A DNA stretch of 36,240 nucleotides from an uncultured Actinomycetes bacterium (GTDB lineage Bacteria > Actinomycetota > Thermoleophilia > RBG-16-64-13), in assembly GCA_963706025.1 (NCBI GenBank), contig CAVPLM010000022.1:1-36240 (forward strand). The letters are read 5' to 3'. The notes under the pieces were generated by a model. It did no database searches. It saw nothing but the letters and a program-made list of their open reading frames with translations, and had not been told where the DNA came from. Positions 10,033 to 17,852 of the stretch are shown piece after piece. Each line of letters starts with the position of its first letter. The first letter of the stretch is position 1. The translations under genes and the position numbers were made by a program.

Positions 10033-10815
10033 CTAACTGATGTTGCTCGAAGTCGAGGTGGTCGAGGGAGAGGCGGTACCGGAGCCGTCGCGGCTACGGT
10101 CGCGGTCCTGGGTTTGATCTTGATCGAGCTCGCCATCGCAGTCGCCGCCATGCCGGCCACCCATGCCCCTGTGCCCTTCCTCGGTCTTCACCACGTTGAA
10201 GGACTCGTCAAGGTACACCGTCACCATGGTGCCGTCGGCCTTCTTCACATGCACTTCGTACTTGGCGTTGCCGTCGGCGTCGGTCTCGGCCCGCACGACG
10301 GTGGCGTCGCTGCCGACTTCGGCCAGCGCCGCCGCCTGGGCCTTGGCAAGGGTGTCGCCGGTGAGGGGCGTCTCGTCGCTGCGCTGACCGCCTGCATGTC
10401 CACCGCCGCGCCGGCCTCCCGCGCGCCCTTCCTCGGTCTTCACCACGTTGAACGACTCGTCAAGGTACACCGTCACCATGGTGCCATCGGCCTTCTTCAC
10501 ATGCACCTCGTACTTGGCGTTGCCGTCGGCGTCGGTCTCCGCCCGCATGACGGTGGCGTCGCTACCGACTTCGGCCAGCGCCGCTGCCTGGGCCTTGTTG
10601 AGGGTGTCGCCGGTGAGGGCCGTCTCGTCGCTGCGCTGTCCTTGCGCGCCCTGTCCGTGGGGCCCCTTCTGAGTCGCCGTCGCGGCGCTCTTGCCGGACG
10701 AGGTCGTGCCGGAGCTACCGGTCCCGGTCGCAGCGAAAGCCGCCGATCCTATCGCGAGCGTGAGGACAATTGCGCCTACCGGCACTACCCATCTTTTCTT
10801 CAGGAACTGCTTCAT
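10033..10815 (-). CDS. Secreted protein with two PepSY-like repeats
   Basis: Signal peptide MKQFLKKRW...SAAFA with AAGGAG RBS before ATG10815; two copies of KAQAAALAEVG...AETDADGNAKYEVHVKKADGTMVTVYLDESFNVV. Confidence 0.8.
   Translation of the reverse strand: MKQFLKKRWVVPVGAIVLTLAIGSAAFAATGTGSSGTTSSGKSAATATQKGPHGQGAQGQRSDETALTGDTLNKAQAAALAEVGSDATVMRAETDADGNAKYEVHVKKADGTMVTVYLDESFNVVKTEEGRAGGRRGGGHAGGQRSDETPLTGDTLAKAQAAALAEVGSDATVVRAETDADGNAKYEVHVKKADGTMVTVYLDESFNVVKTEEGHRGMGGRHGGDCDGELDQDQTQDRDRSRDGSGTASPSTTSTSSNIS
10173..10638. repeat. Near-identical 214-bp direct repeat (period 252 bp) encoding the two PepSY domains
   Basis: Copies at 10173-10386 and 10425-10638 differ at few, mostly synonymous, positions. 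Confidence 0.9.
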
Positions 10816-10983
10816 GAAACGGTTCTCCTTTCGACACCTGCACTTGGATCGGTCTCCCGATTGCCCCAGTATCCCGGACGCCAGATGTGCCCGGATTAGC
10901 GAGGGGATACGGTTTCGTAACCGGCGGAAATATAATCGGGGTGCAGTAGCCTTCAGCACTGGAGGGTAGGGAGATCACCACCG

Positions 10984-11654
10984 ATGGGAACCGCGGCTTC
11001 TAGGGCAAACGGCAGAAGGCGCCGCGCGCCGAGCTCGTCCTCGGGGCCGGACTGCTCGCAGCGGCCTGTACGTTCGCCTACCTGCGTTGGATCCGCCCTT
11101 GGCACCTGGTGTGGGGCGCCACCGAGGAGGAGAAGAGCAGGCCCATGGTCGGTGACGACGAGATCCCCGATCCGCAACTCGACGCCACCCGGGCGATATC
11201 TATCGCCGCCCCGGCGACGGCCGTCTGGCCCTGGCTGCTTCAGATGGGCTACAAGCGCGCCGGCTTCTACAGCTATCGCTTCGACAACGCGTGGTCGCCC
11301 AGTCCCTGGTACATCCTTCCCGAGTTCCAGCGGCTCCAGGTTGGAGACATCGTGCCCACCGGGCCCGGAGAGGGCTTCACGGTGAAGTCCATGGAGCCGG
11401 ATCGTTCGCTCCTGCTCGTCGTCGACCAGGATCCCCTCCGGGTCAGCGCGGCGATCCTTCTCGACCAGGTGGCCCAGGCGGAGACGCGCATGGTCGGCCG
11501 GGTGCGCGTGCGCTTCGGGACCGGCCTGCCGGTCTTCCTCTACCGCCTGCTGTTCGACCTGGGTGACTTCATCATGATGCGGAAGATGTTCATCGGTATC
11601 AAAGAACGAGCCGAGCGTTGGGCGACCTCCGGCGGAGGAGCGGAGCTTTCGTGA
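10984..11654 (+). CDS. SRPBCC-like membrane-anchored protein, frameshifted near 11025
   Basis: The frame of ORF 11109 extends upstream as AELVLGAGLLAAACTFAYLRWIRPWHLVWGATEEE...ATRAISIAAP..VWPWLLQMGYKRAGFYSY but hits TAG11001. ATG10984, with RBS and upstream TATAAT at 10931, is in the adjacent frame. Confidence 0.7.
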
Positions 11655-12454
11655 AAATGATCTGGAAAGGCGCCATCTCCTTCGGGCTCATCACCATCCC
11701 GGTGCGGCTGTACCCGGCCGTCCAGGAGAAGACAGTTGCCTTCCGTCAACTCCACGACAAGGACGGCGGCCGCATCTTCTACACCCGCGTGTGCTCGCTG
11801 TGCGGGGAAGAGGTCCCCTACGATCACATCGTCCGCGGGTTCGAATACGAAAAAGGACGGTACGTCTCCCTCACCGACGACGACCTGCTGGCGGTGCGGG
11901 CCCGCTCGTCGCGTACCATCGACCTGGTCCAGTTCGTCGATCTGGCGGCTGTCGATCCGGTCTACTTCCAAAAGCCCTACTACCTGGAGCCGGACGATCT
12001 GGGGCTCAAGCCCTACCAGATCCTACGCCGGGCCATGGAAGCCGCGGGCAAGGTGGCCGTTGGCAAGCTGGCCCTGCATGCCAAGGAGCATCTGGTGACG
12101 CTCCGCCCGTATGCCGGGATGCTGGTTCTGGAGACCATGAACTGGCCGGACGAGATCCGCGAGGCCGCCTTCCCCATCATGGACATCGACCCGGGCATCC
12201 GCCCGCAGGAATTGGAGATGGCCGTCAGCCTGGTCGGGCAACTGTCGGCGGAATGGCGCCCGGAGGAGTTCCGGGACGAGTACCGGGACGCGCTGCTGGC
12301 GTCGATCGCGGAGAAGGTGGCGGGGTTGCCGGTAGAAGCCCCGGCCGAGGGGCCGGCGCCGGCCGGAGGCCGGCCCGGCGAGGTGGTGGACTTCATGGCC
12401 GCGCTGCAGGCGAGCATCGAGGCGGCCAAGAAACGGGCGGCCGGCGGGAGTTGA
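11651..12454 (+). CDS. ku: Ku, non-homologous end-joining DNA end-binding protein
   Basis: IWKGAISFGLITIPVRLYPA, GFEYEKGRYV, IDLVQFV, YFQKPYYLEP, VVDFMAALQAS; GTG11651 overlaps the upstream TGA, with a GGAGGAG RBS. Confidence 0.96.
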   Translation: MKMIWKGAISFGLITIPVRLYPAVQEKTVAFRQLHDKDGGRIFYTRVCSLCGEEVPYDHIVRGFEYEKGRYVSLTDDDLLAVRARSSRTIDLVQFVDLAAVDPVYFQKPYYLEPDDLGLKPYQILRRAMEAAGKVAVGKLALHAKEHLVTLRPYAGMLVLETMNWPDEIREAAFPIMDIDPGIRPQELEMAVSLVGQLSAEWRPEEFRDEYRDALLASIAEKVAGLPVEAPAEGPAPAGGRPGEVVDFMAALQASIEAAKKRAAGGS

Positions 12455-12526
12455 CGGCTGACGGACGCGGCCGGCGGGACCTGACCTAACGGGCCACCGA
12501 CACGGTCCAGTTCGCGCAAGTCAGGG

Positions 12527-13273
12527 TCACGGAGACGCCGGGCGGCCGATAGGGATCACGTAGATCGGCTCTTCCTGTTCGGACATCTGTAGGACGTCTC
12601 GCACCTGCTCGTCGGAGAACGCCCCGACGGTCACCGCCCCCAAGCCGAGGGCGGTCGCCTGCAGGCACAGGTTCTCAGCTGCATGCCCGGCCTCCAGGTG
12701 GACATACCTGATGCCCCGATCCCCATACTTCTCAGTGGTGCGAGCGTATACCCCGGCGATGACCACATCGGCCGCGGCCTCAGCTACCCAACCTTGATCG
12801 AGTGCCGTCTCCGCCAGACGGGCGCGCACGTCGCCGGACAAGACCGGCACCAACTCGTGGCCCGTGGGCCGGTAGTGGTAGACACCGGTATCGAGACCGG
12901 TAACGAGTCCGGCGGCCAGGTAGATCTCCAGAGGGTAGGTACCCCCGGCGGAAGGAGCGGCCCGGGCGCCTTGCGGCGAGGTGATCCCCTGGGCCGCCCA
13001 CAGCAGCTGACCGACTTCCTCCAGCGACAACGGCTCGTCGGTGAACTCCCGCACCGAACGCCGGGCCTGTATGGCTGCTTCGAGTGACATCGGGCCTTCT
13101 TTGCGGGGCTCGGGGAGCTTCACGGTCTGGGTCTCTTCGGCGGCCTGCCGGCTGGTGATGCTGGACTCCTCGTGCTCGGCGCCTTGGCCGGCGCAACACA
13201 GACTCGCGCCTGCAGCGAGAAAGACGACGACAAGCGTGATCAGCGCCGCTCGTGCCGCTTTCATCAGGCTCAC
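12527..13273 (-). CDS. SagB/ThcOx-family FMN-dependent dehydrogenase (nitroreductase fold) with an N-terminal signal-like segment
   Basis: RRSVREF, QLLWAAQG, APSAGGTYPLEIY, YVHLEAGHAAEN, GLGAVTVGAF. Confidence 0.9.
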   Translation of the reverse strand: MSLMKAARAALITLVVVFLAAGASLCCAGQGAEHEESSITSRQAAEETQTVKLPEPRKEGPMSLEAAIQARRSVREFTDEPLSLEEVGQLLWAAQGITSPQGARAAPSAGGTYPLEIYLAAGLVTGLDTGVYHYRPTGHELVPVLSGDVRARLAETALDQGWVAEAAADVVIAGVYARTTEKYGDRGIRYVHLEAGHAAENLCLQATALGLGAVTVGAFSDEQVRDVLQMSEQEEPIYVIPIGRPASP

Positions 13274-13312
13274 CTCCGCTCGTTTGTGGCCAAACTCACC
13301 GCGACCACCGAC

Positions 13313-13744
13313 CTAGGAGCCGATGATTCCCCGGATGCTCGACTCGACGAGAGCTCTCACTCTCTCAGTCTCCTCCTCGTCAGAGTAGCGGGTGCGGGGC
13401 CAGAAGAAGCCCTTGAGACCGTCGCCGCGGTTGCGCGGGACCACGTGGACGTGCAGGTGGGGCACGCTCTGGCTGATGCGGTTGTTCATGGCCACGAACG
13501 TGCCCTGTGCCTCCATGGCCTTCTCAACGGCGCGGGTGACCAGTTGGACTTCCGCGAAGAAAGGGCCGAGAAGTTCGGGTGGCACCACGGCCAGGGTCTC
13601 GAGGTGGCGCCTCGGGAGCACCAGACAATGCCCGGGGAAAAGCGGCCGGTGGTCGAGCAACGCGAAGGCCACCTCGCTCTCGTAGACCACTGGGGTGGCT
13701 ACCTGGCCCTGGATCATTCTGCAAAAAAGGCAGGTGTCCGGCAT
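13313..13744 (-). CDS. HIT-family nucleotide hydrolase (Hint-like)
   Basis: CLFC, PLFPGHCLVLP and histidine triad QSVPHLHVHVVPR. Confidence 0.94.
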   Translation of the reverse strand: MPDTCLFCRMIQGQVATPVVYESEVAFALLDHRPLFPGHCLVLPRRHLETLAVVPPELLGPFFAEVQLVTRAVEKAMEAQGTFVAMNNRISQSVPHLHVHVVPRNRGDGLKGFFWPRTRYSDEEETERVRALVESSIRGIIGS

Positions 13745-13866
13745 CGGCGCGGGACCTCGGACATTCTTGAGCGAAAAAGGATCCGACGATCCGATGCGCT
13801 CGGTGCACTGACAGGGTCAGTATACGGAGAGAGAAGGTTCGATGCGGAGGCGCGGACTGGACCGGT

Positions 13867-15255
13867 CTAGAACGCCCGCCTGACCGGCTGTCCCCAGGAT
13901 CCCCGCTTCGTCACGAAATCGGCCAGCCCGCGACAACGCCAGAAGCTGTGTAGCTGCCGGTATCCGAAGCTCTCCAAGAAGGCGTATCCGGATAGGATCA
14001 AGGTGTCTCGCAGACTCGGGTACTTGCGGAAGGCCACCGCCTCCAATAGCAGCGAGGACATGGACATGATGGTGCCCAGCAGCATGGCGCAGGCCAGGAA
14101 GGTGACTGCCAGCTGCCAGTCTATGGCCTGAGCGACTATGGCCGTGGCCACGATGAAATAGCCGACAACCTCGATCGCAGGGCTGAGCAGCTCGCAGAAC
14201 ACGAAGAACGGGAAGCCGAGAAGTCCGACCCCGCCGTAGCGACGGTTCAAGCAGAGTCGGCGGTTCTTCATCAGGCTCTCGGCGAGCCCCCGCTGCCAAC
14301 GCCGTCGCTGTTTGCTCAGACTCTTCATGTCTTCCGGCACCTGGGTCCAGCAGATGGGATCCGGGAGGAACAGGATGCGGTACTGCTTCTTCTTGTCGTA
14401 GAACACCCGATGCATCCGCAGGATGAGCTCCATGTCCTCGCCGACGGTATCGGTACGATAGCCGCCCACCTCTATCAGAGCCGTCCGCCTGAAGATGGCG
14501 AATGCGCCGGAGATGATCATGACGGCGTTCAGGCGTGACCAGCCCATGCGCCCAAAGAGGAAGGCGCGGAGATACTCGACGATCTGGAACCGGGCCAGGC
14601 CACTGCGCGCGAGTCTCACCTGCTTCACTTCGCCGTTCTCGATCACGCAGTCGTTGGCGGGCATGACCACCCCTCCCACGGCGACGACCCGGTGATCCTC
14701 CAGGAACGGGCGGGTGATCTGGACCATCGACTGGACATCTATGATCGAGTCCGCGTCGATATTGCAGACCAGCGGAAACGAGCTCACGTTGATGCCCGCG
14801 TTGAGGGCGTCCGCTTTGCCCCCCTGGTCTTTGTCGACTACCCGTAGGCCCGAATAGGTCATCGAATCGTAGAGACCGCGGATCGGAGCGCAGGGAATGT
14901 CACAGCGGACGACGCCCGGAGCGGGGACGAGGTCGAATGCGCGTATGAGCGCGTCCATGGTCCCGTCGGTGGAGCCGTCGTTGACGGCCACCACTTCCAA
15001 TTCGGGATAGCGCACGGCAAGGGCGGAAGCCACCGTATGCACGATGGTCTCTTCCTCGTTATGGGCGGGGACTATCACGGTCACCGGCTTGTAGAACGTA
15101 GTGCCGAAGATGCCCTCGTATTCGGTCATCGCGCTCACCCGAGCGTAGCGTTTCACCGTATGCGCGGAGATCACGATCAGATAGAGATAGAACCCGTTTA
15201 TGAAGACGAAGTACGCGAAGAAGAGCAGGTTGATGTAGTAGAGGACCTCTTTCAT
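13867..15255 (-). CDS. Processive GT2 glycosyltransferase (PgaC/IcaA/cellulose-synthase-like)
   Basis: VPAHNEE, VNDGSTD, GGKADALNAG, IDADS, GEDMEL and QRRRW, with N- and C-terminal TM helices. Confidence 0.93.
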   Translation of the reverse strand: MKEVLYYINLLFFAYFVFINGFYLYLIVISAHTVKRYARVSAMTEYEGIFGTTFYKPVTVIVPAHNEEETIVHTVASALAVRYPELEVVAVNDGSTDGTMDALIRAFDLVPAPGVVRCDIPCAPIRGLYDSMTYSGLRVVDKDQGGKADALNAGINVSSFPLVCNIDADSIIDVQSMVQITRPFLEDHRVVAVGGVVMPANDCVIENGEVKQVRLARSGLARFQIVEYLRAFLFGRMGWSRLNAVMIISGAFAIFRRTALIEVGGYRTDTVGEDMELILRMHRVFYDKKKQYRILFLPDPICWTQVPEDMKSLSKQRRRWQRGLAESLMKNRRLCLNRRYGGVGLLGFPFFVFCELLSPAIEVVGYFIVATAIVAQAIDWQLAVTFLACAMLLGTIMSMSSLLLEAVAFRKYPSLRDTLILSGYAFLESFGYRQLHSFWRCRGLADFVTKRGSWGQPVRRAF

Positions 15256-16301
15256 GCGTACACCTTCTCGTGGAGCTCGACTTCTCCCAGAGAGTGCAAC
15301 GCCTTCTGAGCATAGACCCGCACCCGAAGATCGTCGTCTTCGAGGCGAGCGAGGATCAGGGGAGCCGACTCCACGGCACCCAAAGTCGCCAACGCCTGTA
15401 CGGCCTGGCTGCGAAGGACCCAGTTGGGGTGGGTGAGCAGTTCGCTCAGACTGGGGATGGCGCCGGTATCGCCCATCTTGGCGAGTGCTTTGACGATGTG
15501 GATGAGGACTTCTTCATGCTCCGAGAGCCGGAGAAGTCGGAGAAGGCTGCCCGCCGCCGGGCGGTAGGCAAAGAACGCCAGGAGATCCACCATCACCACC
15601 TGCGCAGCCTGGTCGCTGCGGTCCACTTGCTTGTTGGGATTGAACGAACGGGACGGGGTCTTGCGCGAGTACTGGGCTATCAGGTTTTCGAGGGTCTTGT
15701 GGATCACCGGGCAGACGCCTTCCTCGAAACGGGAGAGCAACTCGGCGATGCCATGAAGGGTGATGCGGGTCCGCTGGTAGACCGCGCGGAACACCGGTAT
15801 GAAGTAGCTGGGGTCGCGAAACGAAGCCGCGGCGTAGCCGGCGGCGAGCACGACCGCGGGATCCTCTGAGCGCAGCAGTTCGGCGACCGCCTCCCGGGGC
15901 AATCTCTCCCGAAGACGCCCCAGGGTCTTAGCGGCCGCGGCCCGGTCCAACGGATCGCGCGACTCGGCCAGCTGTCTCTGGAGCCTCTGAGTGAAGCCCA
16001 ACCTGCGACTGAGGTGCCGTAGCCGCAGTGGAGAGCCAGAACCCAGCTGACGGAGTTGCTCGTCCATGAATTCATGGAACAACGTGAAGCAGGCATCGGT
16101 CACTATGCTCTCTTTGATGCGGACCGTAGGCTCGCGCCTTCCCTCCAGTGCTTCCGGTAGCAGGCGGACCCAAAACCGCCTGAACTTCCGGGTCTTGGCG
16201 CCGGATTTGCGGACGTGCATGGTCACCAGAACTAGGAACAGGCCGAGCAGCGTGACCAGCTCTACGGCGATGACCACCAAGACAACGTGAAGCATGCTCA
16301 T
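15252..16301 (-). CDS. Membrane-anchored HEAT-repeat protein
   Basis: N-terminal TM helix; HEAT units DRAAAAKTLG, HPNWVLRSQAVQALATLG and DDDLRVRVYAQKAL; ATGA-coupled to the GT2. Confidence 0.85.
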   Translation of the reverse strand: MSMLHVVLVVIAVELVTLLGLFLVLVTMHVRKSGAKTRKFRRFWVRLLPEALEGRREPTVRIKESIVTDACFTLFHEFMDEQLRQLGSGSPLRLRHLSRRLGFTQRLQRQLAESRDPLDRAAAAKTLGRLRERLPREAVAELLRSEDPAVVLAAGYAAASFRDPSYFIPVFRAVYQRTRITLHGIAELLSRFEEGVCPVIHKTLENLIAQYSRKTPSRSFNPNKQVDRSDQAAQVVMVDLLAFFAYRPAAGSLLRLLRLSEHEEVLIHIVKALAKMGDTGAIPSLSELLTHPNWVLRSQAVQALATLGAVESAPLILARLEDDDLRVRVYAQKALHSLGEVELHEKVYA

Positions 16302-16312
16302 AACACGATGGT

Positions 16313-16339
16313 TTATCGGCGTGAAGTGCTATAGCCTCA
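16313..16339 (-). promoter_or_regulatory. sigma28 (FliA/WhiG)-like promoter of HEAT-GT2
   Basis: TGAG-N15-GCCGATAA on the minus strand: perfect -10 octamer, partial -35, 11 nt before ATG16301. Confidence 0.5.
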
Positions 16340-16470
16340 AGGGTGGATCGGAGTGCGCCGAGGGTACACGGGGGGTGGCGGCCGGATTCCGTAGCCCGGC
16401 TCGCGGGCTTGTCCGGAGGGGCTCTGTGCTCCGCCGCGATCCGAGGCACCCCGCGCAGGGGTCTGGTGCC

Positions 16471-17823
16471 CTAGCGGCCGGCCTCTCGTGCGAGGCGCAG
16501 CGCCTCGACGAGCGCCGGTCCCTTGGGGCGCTCGAGCTGGTCCATGGTGCAGTCGCGGGGATCCTTGTCCGGGCGCCAACGCTCGAAACGGGTCGCGTGG
16601 CGGAAACGGTCGCCGGTGAGCTGGTCGTAGCTGACCTCGACCACCAGAAGTGGCTTGACGGGGACGAAGTCGAGGTCCTTCTCGCCGCTCCAACGGCTGG
16701 CGGCACCGGGACGACGGGCGTGCTCGCCGAAGCCGGCGGCAGAAGGGTCGCCGGGCCCGGGCTGGAGCGGCTGCAGCGCCTGAAGCAAGACCGCGGCCTG
16801 CGTCTCGCTGAACGACGAGCAGTGGCCGATGAAGTGCAGCTCACCCTCGGGGTTGTAGAGGCCCAGCAAGAGGGAGCCGACCCGCTTCCCGTCCTTGTGC
16901 AGACGATAGCCGCCCACCACGCAGTCCACGGTGCGGCGATGCTTGACCTTGATCATCTCCCGGCGCCCTTCTGCGTAGGGGCGTTCGAGCGCCTTGGCGA
17001 CGATCCCGTCGAAACCGGCGGGTTCGAAGTCGTGGAACCAACGGCGGGCAACCTCCACGTCCGTGGTGCTGGGGGAGAGGAGCCAGGGGCCGCCATCATT
17101 GGGGGCGGCCCGCGCTCCGGGGACGGCAACGCCGGGCACGCCGTCCGCGCCGGTGGCGTCGCCGGCCCCCGGGACGGCCGTCGGGCCGGTGCCGGTGGCG
17201 CGCCTAGCTCCGGAATCGGCCGTCGGGCCGGTGCCGGTTCCCAGGAGGTCTGCCAACTCCTCCAACATGGCGCGACGTTCGCGGAACGGCCGAGAGCGGA
17301 GGTCCTCGCCTCGCAGAGCGAGCAGGTCGAAGAGGGCCAGGTGAGCCGGGGTCTCTTGGGCCAGCCTCCGAACGCGGCTCTCGGCGGGATGGATGCGGTT
17401 CTGCAGGGCATCGAAATCCAGCCTGCCCTCTACGATGACGACGACCTCTCCGTCGGCCACCGTTCCGGAGGGCAGGCAGGCGAGGCCGGGCTCCAGTTCC
17501 GGGAAGTAACGGAGCAGCGGCTTGGCATTGCGGCTGTCGAGGCGGGGGGCGCCCGCGTCGCCGGGGCTGTGGGCGCCGCTGCGGGCACCGCTCCGCCCCT
17601 GGGCGCCATCGTCGTGGGCAGCACCACCTCCGCCGGCCAAGCCGCCCGGGTCGGGGGCGCTACCCCCGAGGATGTCGCCGCCGTCGCCGTGGGCGCCGCT
17701 CCAAATGACCACGCGAAAACCGTCCCACTTGGGCTCGTAGGCCCAGCCCGGAGGCGGAGGTAGCTCGTCGGCTACCTCCGCCTCCATCGGGGTGATGGGC
17801 GGGGAAAAGGGCCAGTCAGCCAC
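16471..17823 (-). CDS. ligC: ATP-dependent DNA ligase, LigC type, with two low-complexity insertions
   Basis: YEPKWDGFR motif I, RYFPEL, DGEVV, FDLL, DGIVAK, IKVKHRRTVDCVVGG, SLLLGLY, RWRPDKDPRDC. Confidence 0.9.
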   Translation of the reverse strand: MADWPFSPPITPMEAEVADELPPPPGWAYEPKWDGFRVVIWSGAHGDGGDILGGSAPDPGGLAGGGGAAHDDGAQGRSGARSGAHSPGDAGAPRLDSRNAKPLLRYFPELEPGLACLPSGTVADGEVVVIVEGRLDFDALQNRIHPAESRVRRLAQETPAHLALFDLLALRGEDLRSRPFRERRAMLEELADLLGTGTGPTADSGARRATGTGPTAVPGAGDATGADGVPGVAVPGARAAPNDGGPWLLSPSTTDVEVARRWFHDFEPAGFDGIVAKALERPYAEGRREMIKVKHRRTVDCVVGGYRLHKDGKRVGSLLLGLYNPEGELHFIGHCSSFSETQAAVLLQALQPLQPGPGDPSAAGFGEHARRPGAASRWSGEKDLDFVPVKPLLVVEVSYDQLTGDRFRHATRFERWRPDKDPRDCTMDQLERPKGPALVEALRLAREAGR

Positions 17824-17852
17824 GGCGACTATGAAGTCCGGACCTTTCTCAA

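Noticed and set aside
17095-17700. Inteins in LigC or the helicase
   Set aside because: The inserts are short and low-complexity and lack Cys/Ser starts and His-Asn ends.
16294-17763. 489-aa plus-strand ORF, and similar long ORFs at 31708-33087, 34165-35625, 28970-30007 and 6193-7095
   Set aside because: Antisense shadows of well-supported genes, expected in high-GC DNA, with no recognisable motifs.
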